DNA from: Planctomycetota bacterium
GTDB taxonomy: Bacteria > Planctomycetota > UBA8742 > UBA2392
Length of the DNA stretch: 64,000 bases
Direction of reading: 5' to 3'
Assembly (NCBI GenBank): GCA_003576915.1
Contig: QEVF01000011.1
Coordinates: 44,260 to 108,259, forward strand
The number at the start of each line of letters is the position of its first letter. The first letter of the stretch is position 1. Below, one piece after another: positions 57,821-64,000 of this stretch. Position numbers and translations under genes: made by a program. The notes beneath the pieces are model-generated. The model saw only the letters and a program-made list of their open reading frames with translations, searched no databases and was not told the origin of the DNA.

Positions 57821-59521
57821 ATGAAAACCCTTGCCTGCATGCTTCTGCTCTGGATCTGCGCTCCGTTGTTGGCGGACGCCGGAGCCGACTATCGGGCCCT
57901 GGTCGAGGCCAGCGACGCCAAGAAGCACGCCGAAACTCTGCGGCTATGCGAGAACTTCCTCAAACAGTACCCCGAGCATGAGTCCCTGCCGGCGGTCCTC
58001 TATCTCGGGGGAGCCGCGGGACTGGCCGCCCGCGAGTACGGCCGCGCCGAGCCCTTTTACCGCAAACTCCTGGCCGATTTCCCCCAGGACGCCAACGTGC
58101 CCCGCGCCCGCGACGAATTGGCCAGCGTGTTGCGCGACGCGCGCAAACTCGAGGCCTGTCTCGCGCTCCTGGACGAGAACCTCAAGGTCCTGCCCAAAGA
58201 CCCCCGCGCGGAGCGCTGGGCTTACCTCAAGGGCGAGTGCCTGTTCCGCCTCTGGCGCTTTGATGACGCCCGCAAGGAATTGGAGGCCTTCAAGAAAGCC
58301 TGGCCCAAGTCTTCGCTTGCGAAAAGCGCTGATCGCTACCTGGCCGACATCGATCCGTCCTGGACCCTCGACGCCTACAACGTGATCCAGGATTACAACG
58401 GCAAGTACGCCGGCGACACACGCCTGGAAGCCGCCCGCCGCAAGCTGCCCGCCTACACGCGCGAGGCCGTGGAGGTGCTGCGCGAGCGACTGGGCGTGGA
58501 CATTTCCGGCCACCTCGATGTCGTGTTCCGCTTCCGCGACAAGGGCGAAAACCGCGACGGCGAGCGGGCCGTCACCACCACCGTAGGACGCAAGAACAAG
58601 CCCTGGATGGTGATGACCTTCTACACCGAGTTTGTGGTGCTCGACGAAGAGGACCACCACAGCCGCGTCATTCATGAACTCAAGCACGCGGGCTTCCGCG
58701 GCATCATGGGTCAGAAGTACCTCGACCTTCCCAAGTGGATCCGCGAGGGGCTCGCCGTCTACGGCGCCGGGCAGTTGCCCGAGCGCATGCCCCTGATCCT
58801 CAGCAACGAGGTGTTCGGAAGCCGCGATCCGGTCGCCGTGCTCGACGGCATCGACGAGCCGGACAAGGACCACAATACTCTCGACTACCTCGAAGACGCC
58901 CTGTTCTTCGAGTGGCTCGACGCGACGTGCAAGGGCGGCACGGCCGCTTTCTGCAGGCGCCTCGTCAAGGGCGAGGACTACAAGGCCATTCTGGCCGACC
59001 TCTGCCAACAGCCCTGGGACAAACTCATGGCCCAGGCCGAGGACCATGGCCGGCGGCGCGTGGAGGAAGCCCTGGGCAAGGGCCACAAGGCCTACACGGC
59101 CCTGCGCGGCGATGAAGCCGCCGCCGAGCGCAAGGGCAGGAAAGCCTTGAGCCAGTGGCTGGAAGAGAGCGGGCTGGCCGCCTACGAAAAGTGGCTCAAG
59201 GACTACCCCGGCCACCTCTGCGAACCCCTGGCCCTCTACCGCATGGGCAAGGGGCTGGTCACCCTGGGCCGCCACGAAGAGGGCCGGGTCATTCTCGCCC
59301 GCGTCCGCGACCAGTATGGCCGGTGCTCCACGGTCAACGATGACGCCGCCTACCAGTATGCGCTGAGCTTCGAACTGGCCGGAGACGAAGAAGGAGCGCG
59401 GCGGGAGTTCGGCCTCTTTCTGCGCGACTACTCATGGTCTGCCGGCGCCGCCGAGGCCGCGAAGAAGTACAAGGCCGCCGGGCCGGCGGCCCCGGGCGAA
59501 GAGGCTGAAAGCGAAGACTAG
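57821..59521 (+). CDS. Secreted TPR protein with embedded HExxH (peptidase-MA-like) module
   Basis: Signal peptide MKTLACMLLLWICAPLLADA. TPR-like helices at both ends. Central ..SRVIHELKHAGFRG..LPKWIREGLAVYGAGQ (HExxH plus a downstream Glu). Confidence 0.7.
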   Translation: MKTLACMLLLWICAPLLADAGADYRALVEASDAKKHAETLRLCENFLKQYPEHESLPAVLYLGGAAGLAAREYGRAEPFYRKLLADFPQDANVPRARDELASVLRDARKLEACLALLDENLKVLPKDPRAERWAYLKGECLFRLWRFDDARKELEAFKKAWPKSSLAKSADRYLADIDPSWTLDAYNVIQDYNGKYAGDTRLEAARRKLPAYTREAVEVLRERLGVDISGHLDVVFRFRDKGENRDGERAVTTTVGRKNKPWMVMTFYTEFVVLDEEDHHSRVIHELKHAGFRGIMGQKYLDLPKWIREGLAVYGAGQLPERMPLILSNEVFGSRDPVAVLDGIDEPDKDHNTLDYLEDALFFEWLDATCKGGTAAFCRRLVKGEDYKAILADLCQQPWDKLMAQAEDHGRRRVEEALGKGHKAYTALRGDEAAAERKGRKALSQWLEESGLAAYEKWLKDYPGHLCEPLALYRMGKGLVTLGRHEEGRVILARVRDQYGRCSTVNDDAAYQYALSFELAGDEEGARREFGLFLRDYSWSAGAAEAAKKYKAAGPAAPGEEAESED

Positions 59522-59530
59522 GCCGCCCCC

Positions 59531-61492
59531 ATGGCAGACGAGCGCTCGCTTCTGGAAAGGCAGATTGATGCCGCGCCCCACGCGCCGGGCTGCTACCTGT
59601 TCAGGGATGACGCCGGAACGCTGCTCTATGTGGGCAAGGCCATTGATATTCACAAGCGGGTGCGGAGCTACCTGCGGCCCGGCAACGACGGCCGCGCCCA
59701 CATCTATTTCCTGATGGAGCGCGCCACTCAGGTGGAGTTCGTGGTTACGGCCAACGAGAAGGAAGCGCTGATCCTCGAGAACAACCTGATCAAGCGCTTC
59801 CGCCCCCGCTACAACATTGTGCTGGCCGCCGACGACGCGACGTACGTGTCGGTGCGCATGGACCTGCGGCACCCCTACCCCCGGGCCACCATCGTTCACA
59901 AGTACAAGCGCGACGGTGCCGCCTACTTCGGTCCCTTTGCGAGCTCGGACAAGCTGCGCGAAACCATGGACACGCTCAAGCGCGTCTTTCCGCTGCGCCT
60001 TTGCTCAGACCATGTGCTGGACAACCGCACCCGGCCCTGCGTGTACCATGACATCGGCATCTGCTGCGCCCCCTGTGTGCCGGGGCGCATCTCTGCCGAT
60101 GATTACCGCCGACACGTCGATGGCCTCATCGATGTCCTCAAAGGCCGGGACAAGAGCCTGCTGTCCCGGATCGAAGCCGAGATGAACCAGGCCTCCGAAA
60201 ATCTTGAGTTCGAGAAAGCGGCGCGCCTGCGCGACCGCATGAGGGCCATTGCCGCCACGGTCACTCGCCAGCGCGCCACCGTGGGCGACGACACCACAGC
60301 CGACCGCGACGTGATCGGGCTCTACCGCGAAGCCGACCGCGCCCTGATTGCGCTGCTGGTTTACCGCGAGGGGCAGCTCATCGACACCAGTTCCCGCGAG
60401 ATCAAGTCGCTGTTGCCCGATGAAGAGCTGCTGGCCGGCTTCATCGAGGCCTGGTACCAGCAGGCGGCCTTCATTCCCGACGAAGTGCTCACACCCCTGG
60501 AGCTGGAGGGGGCCGAGGCGCTCTCCAGTTGGCTCTCCGACAAGGCCGAGCATCGCGTGCGCCTGCTGGCGCCGCGGCAGGGCGACAAGCGCAAGCTCGT
60601 CGAGCTGGCCCAGACCAACGCCCGCCATGCCCTCAAGGTGCGCGACGAAACCCAGCAGCGCGAGCGCGAACTCCTCAAGCAGCTTCAGGAGGCCGCCGGC
60701 CTGGAGAATCTGCCGGTGGTCATGGAGTGCTACGACATCAGCCACACCCAGGGCCAGGAAACCGTGGCTTCGGGTGTCTGCTTCGTCGAGGGCAAGCCGG
60801 AGAAGTCGCTCTATCGCCGGTACAAAGTGAAGAGCCATGACCGCAACGACGACTTCGCGAGCATGGAGGAAATCCTGCGCCGCCGCCTTGAGCGCGCACG
60901 CAAGGAAGAGCGCTACCCCGACCTGATCGTCATCGACGGAGGCGCGGGCCAGCTCGGGCGCGTTCAGAAGGTGTTCGAAGAGTTCAATATCGTCGGCATT
61001 GATCTCATCGGCCTGGCCAAGAGCCGCGACAAGGGCAAGCCCGGCTGGGAGTCAGGCTACAGCGCCGGACGCCAGCGCAGCGACGAACGCATCTTTGTGC
61101 CCGGCCGCCCTGAGCCCCTCACACTGGACCAGCGCTCACCCGCGCTGTTTTTGCTCATGCGCATCCGCGATGAGGCGCACCGCTTCGCCGTGACGTTTCA
61201 CCGCGAACTGGCGCGCAAGGCAGCCGTGGCCAGCGGCCTTGACTCCATTGACGGCATAGGCCCCAAGCGCAAGAAAGCGCTCATCAGGCGCTTTGGCTCT
61301 CCCAGGGGCGTCAAGCTCGCAGGCCTCGAGGAGCTGGCAGGCGTCGAGGGCATCTCGCGCCAGGTAGCACAGCGCATCTTCGAGCACTTCACGCAGGAAC
61401 GCGCCGAGATACTGGCCCGTGAAGCCGCGCGCACGCCGCCGGCCCAAGAAGAACTGCCCGCGGCCGGCAAGGCGCCGCCGATGGGGCATTGA
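59531..61492 (+). CDS. uvrC: Excinuclease ABC subunit C
   Basis: GIY-YIG N-terminus PGCYLFRDDAGTLLYVGKAIDIHKRVRSY, UVR domain ..LEFEKAARLRDRMRAI.., endonuclease V-like and C-terminal (HhH)2 ..IDGIGPKRKKALIRRFGS... Confidence 0.95.
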   Translation: MADERSLLERQIDAAPHAPGCYLFRDDAGTLLYVGKAIDIHKRVRSYLRPGNDGRAHIYFLMERATQVEFVVTANEKEALILENNLIKRFRPRYNIVLAADDATYVSVRMDLRHPYPRATIVHKYKRDGAAYFGPFASSDKLRETMDTLKRVFPLRLCSDHVLDNRTRPCVYHDIGICCAPCVPGRISADDYRRHVDGLIDVLKGRDKSLLSRIEAEMNQASENLEFEKAARLRDRMRAIAATVTRQRATVGDDTTADRDVIGLYREADRALIALLVYREGQLIDTSSREIKSLLPDEELLAGFIEAWYQQAAFIPDEVLTPLELEGAEALSSWLSDKAEHRVRLLAPRQGDKRKLVELAQTNARHALKVRDETQQRERELLKQLQEAAGLENLPVVMECYDISHTQGQETVASGVCFVEGKPEKSLYRRYKVKSHDRNDDFASMEEILRRRLERARKEERYPDLIVIDGGAGQLGRVQKVFEEFNIVGIDLIGLAKSRDKGKPGWESGYSAGRQRSDERIFVPGRPEPLTLDQRSPALFLLMRIRDEAHRFAVTFHRELARKAAVASGLDSIDGIGPKRKKALIRRFGSPRGVKLAGLEELAGVEGISRQVAQRIFEHFTQERAEILAREAARTPPAQEELPAAGKAPPMGH

Positions 61493-62292
61493 TTTCTCTC
61501 CACCGGTTGACCGTAATCGGCACCGTGCCCATCGAAGTCATACTCGTTTTCGCGCTCCTGCCCCTGCTGGCCTACTTCGTCAAGGGCATCGTCGGCGCCG
61601 CCAGCGCCATCGTATTCAACGCCGTGCTTTTGCTCGTGATCGCCTTTGGCCACAACGGCGACATTTCACTGCATGACGGCCTCTACTGGGTCGGCATGGC
61701 GGACTTCATCACCAGCGCGGCCATGGCCTGGCTTGTGCGCCGGGAACTGCGTCTGGAACGTCAGGTGCTCCTGCTCCTCGCGGGCATGCTGCCCGTCAGC
61801 GTCCTGTTCTCACTGCTGCTTGAGCGCATCGAACTGGACTGGCTGCTGGCCACGCTGTCCGTGGCCATCACCGCCTCGGGCCTCTGGCTGATCTACAGCC
61901 GCGGCCACGCCCTGGCCCGCGAGCGCAGCCTTGAACGCGCGGCACTGCCCACGGGGGTGGTTTCCGGAGTGCTGAGCGGCCTTTTCTCCATGGCCGGGCC
62001 CGTGGTCATCGTTTTCCTCGCCGCCGGCAGCAAAGACCCCGTCCGGCTTCGAGCGCGCCTGGTGTTCATCTCGCTGTGCGCCACGGCCACGCGCCTGGCC
62101 ACGCTGTCGCTTGAGGGCGCCTACACCCGGCAGCGCCTCGAGTGGTTTGCCTTGAGCCTGCCCGCCGTGGGGCTGGGACTCGGTCTGGGCTATCTGTGCT
62201 CGCGCTTTGTGCAGGCCCAGGCCTTCCGCGTGCTACTCGGAGCGCTGGTGGCTGTCGCGGGGGTAGCCGCCGCCGTCAAGACCTTCACCTGA
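61489..62292 (+). CDS. TauE/SafE-family (sulfite exporter-like) membrane protein
   Basis: About 8 TM helices, with ..GIVGAASAIVFNAVLL.. and ..GVLSGLFSMAGPVVIVFL.. typical of the TSUP/TauE family. The start (TTG 61489 overlapping the uvrC stop) is uncertain. Confidence 0.65.
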   Translation: MISLHRLTVIGTVPIEVILVFALLPLLAYFVKGIVGAASAIVFNAVLLLVIAFGHNGDISLHDGLYWVGMADFITSAAMAWLVRRELRLERQVLLLLAGMLPVSVLFSLLLERIELDWLLATLSVAITASGLWLIYSRGHALARERSLERAALPTGVVSGVLSGLFSMAGPVVIVFLAAGSKDPVRLRARLVFISLCATATRLATLSLEGAYTRQRLEWFALSLPAVGLGLGLGYLCSRFVQAQAFRVLLGALVAVAGVAAAVKTFT

Positions 62293-62339
62293 GACCCGTG
62301 ATGCTTGTCTGAATCAGGCGCGGCTACTAGTCTTCCGCC

Positions 62340-63743
62340 ATGGCCAAGAAATTGATCGTCGTCGGTTTGGATTGCCTCGAACCCAGCTTCGCCTTTGAGC
62401 AGTGGGCAGACTCCATGCCGAACCTTACGCGCATGCGCAAGACGGGCGTCTTTGCACGCATGCGCTCAAGCGTTCCGCCCATCACCATTCCTGCGTGGCA
62501 GTGCATGGTCACGAGCAAGGACCCCGGCGTGCTGGGCTTTTATGGCTTTCGCAACCGCAAGGATTACAGCTACGACAGCTTTGTCTTCGCCGACGGAAAG
62601 GCCATCCGTGAACCCCGTGTGTGGGACCACCTTTCCAGAGCCGGCAGAAGAAACATCATCCTCGGCGTCCCGCAGACGTTCCCGCCGCGCCCGCTCAACG
62701 GCGTGATGGTCAGCGGCTTCCCGCTGCCGGGCACGGAGGAGAACTACACCTATCCCGCCGCGCTCAAGGACGAAATCAAGACCGTCTGCGATTACATCCC
62801 TGACGTCGAGGAGTTCCGCGCCGACGACAAGGAAACGATCCTGCGTGATCTGATCACGATGGCCGAGCGCCGCTTCAAGCTGGCCGCGCACCTGCTGAAA
62901 CACAAGCCCTGGGACTTCTTCATGATGGTCGAGATGGGTACCGACCGCATCGTGCACGCGCTGTGGCGCTACACCGACCCCAATCACCGCTACTACGAGA
63001 AAGGCCACAAACTGAACAGCGCCATGCGCGACTACTACGCGCTCTGCGACAGGCTCATGGGCGAGCTGATTGCACCTTACGAGAACGACCCCGAAACCGC
63101 CGTCATGGTGGTCAGCGACCACGGGGCGCGCGGCATGGACGGCGGCATCCACCTCAATGAATGGCTCATCGACAAAGGCTATCTGGTGCTGAAGGAGCGA
63201 CCCAAGGAGCAGACCGGCCTGAGCAAGCTGATCAAGGCGGGGCTCGTTGACTGGACGAAGACGAAGGTCTGGGCCGAGGGCGGTTATTACTCGCGCATCA
63301 TGTTCAACATCAAGGGCCGCGAACCCCAGGGCGTACTGGAGCCCGGCGAGGTAGCGGCGTTTGCGGCGCGGCTTGCCGGCGAAATCAAGGCCATTCCCGA
63401 CGACAAAGGTCGGCCCATGGAGACGCACTGGTTTGAGCCCGGCAAGATTTACAGGAAGGTCAACAACATCGCGCCCGACGCGATGGTGATTTTCGACGAC
63501 CTCCGCTGGCGCGCTCTGGGCAGTATCCGTCCGCAACAGGGCCTGCCGCTCTGGGTGTTCGAAAACGATACGGGCCCCGACGACTCCAACCATAACTGGC
63601 ACGGGTGCTTTGTGGCCGCCGGCGCAGGCATCCCCGCCTTGGGTGCGCTCGACCCGATCACCTTGTATGACTTCGCCCCCACGGTCATGAAGTTCATGGG
63701 CCTGGACGTTCCCCCGGACATGCAGGGAAAGCCGGTGGTCTGA
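62340..63743 (+). CDS. Alkaline-phosphatase-superfamily type I phosphodiesterase/nucleotide pyrophosphatase-like protein
   Basis: MAKKLIVVGLDCLEP (metal-binding Asp), ..SSVPPITIPAWQCMVTS.. (nucleophile Thr context), ..VVSDHGA.. (DHG metal site). Confidence 0.75.
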   Translation: MAKKLIVVGLDCLEPSFAFEQWADSMPNLTRMRKTGVFARMRSSVPPITIPAWQCMVTSKDPGVLGFYGFRNRKDYSYDSFVFADGKAIREPRVWDHLSRAGRRNIILGVPQTFPPRPLNGVMVSGFPLPGTEENYTYPAALKDEIKTVCDYIPDVEEFRADDKETILRDLITMAERRFKLAAHLLKHKPWDFFMMVEMGTDRIVHALWRYTDPNHRYYEKGHKLNSAMRDYYALCDRLMGELIAPYENDPETAVMVVSDHGARGMDGGIHLNEWLIDKGYLVLKERPKEQTGLSKLIKAGLVDWTKTKVWAEGGYYSRIMFNIKGREPQGVLEPGEVAAFAARLAGEIKAIPDDKGRPMETHWFEPGKIYRKVNNIAPDAMVIFDDLRWRALGSIRPQQGLPLWVFENDTGPDDSNHNWHGCFVAAGAGIPALGALDPITLYDFAPTVMKFMGLDVPPDMQGKPVV

Positions 63744-63798
63744 CGGGTGCTTGAACTGTCGCGCGGGCTCGCTATCATTCGCCGCCCGCAGTGCAGTT

Positions 63799-63874
63799 GG
63801 GCCGGTAGCTCAGTTGGTAGAGTACCTGAATGGCATTCAGGGGGTCATGGGTTCGAATCCCTTCCGGTCCACCA
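63799..63874 (+). tRNA. tRNA-Ala (anticodon GGC)
   Basis: Hand-folded cloverleaf. Acceptor gggccgg/ccggtcc with G3:U70 (Ala identity pair). D arm gctc-agttggta-gagt. Anticodon arm cctga-atGGCat-tcagg. T arm atggg-ttcgaat-ccctt (one U-U mismatch). Encoded CCA. Confidence 0.9.
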
Positions 63875-63882
63875 TCTTTCAG

Positions 63883-63921
63883 AGCCGCCCCGGGAGCCAC
63901 ATCCGGGGCGGCTTCGCTTTT
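63883..63921 (+). terminator. Rho-independent terminator after tRNA-Ala
   Basis: agccgccccgg-N9-ccggggcggct followed by tcgcttttg. Confidence 0.8.
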
Positions 63922-64000
63922 GCGCCAGGCAGGCGAGCTGAAGCTCGTTTGCACCACTGCCCCACCGCCTAGCCCACGTTGAGATCGTGGCCGACGGTTC

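Noticed and set aside
63747-63972. ORFs 63747..63941(+), 63751..63972(+) and 63775..63957(-) at the window end.
   Set aside because: They run through tRNA-Ala and its terminator. No protein-like features.
63970-64000. Possible 3' end of a minus-strand gene at the window edge (frame ..TVGHDLNVG-stop).
   Set aside because: Only about 10 codons are visible, which is too little to support a call.

Overview
High-GC bacterial chromosomal segment. I saw no rRNA, CRISPR array, transposase or prophage genes. The protein repertoire includes many prepilin-type pseudopilins, secreted QW-repeat alpha/alpha-toroid proteins, a giant PPC-repeat exoprotein and multi-domain redox fusions. This suggests a PVC-like (Planctomycetota/Verrucomicrobiota-type) or related environmental lineage, but that is inference only. 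Most of the window is housekeeping: pcrA, xerD, trkAH, pgi, gpmI, moeA, hup, prs, glmU, nadE, uvrC, rtcB, znuABC, RNase P RNA and tRNA-Ala(GGC). Between these lie a pseudopilin operon, a GspE/PilB-type ATPase, isolated nuoG-like and nuoM genes, c-type cytochromes, a Ser/Thr kinase and several unusual domain fusions. The strongest candidate for something new is a lower-GC 402-aa gene with a HEPN RNase signature (RNAVFH) whose stop codon overlaps the start codon of the RNA ligase gene rtcB (ATGA). Upstream of it sit a second HEPN-like (RNHLAHH) remnant and a small acidic ORF. Other items worth a second look: a multi-hairpin intergenic repeat family with compensatory stem changes at 4 or more loci; a toroid protein interrupted by four PDZ domains; a cytochrome c'-like protein with CX4CH next to the secretion ATPase; MshEN-type (c-di-GMP-binding) motifs in the ATPase and in an ATPase-less paralogue; and a tandem HU-like / receiver-like / RsbW-like kinase fusion. 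All calls come from reading the sequence and ORF translations by eye and from remembered family motifs. No searches were run.
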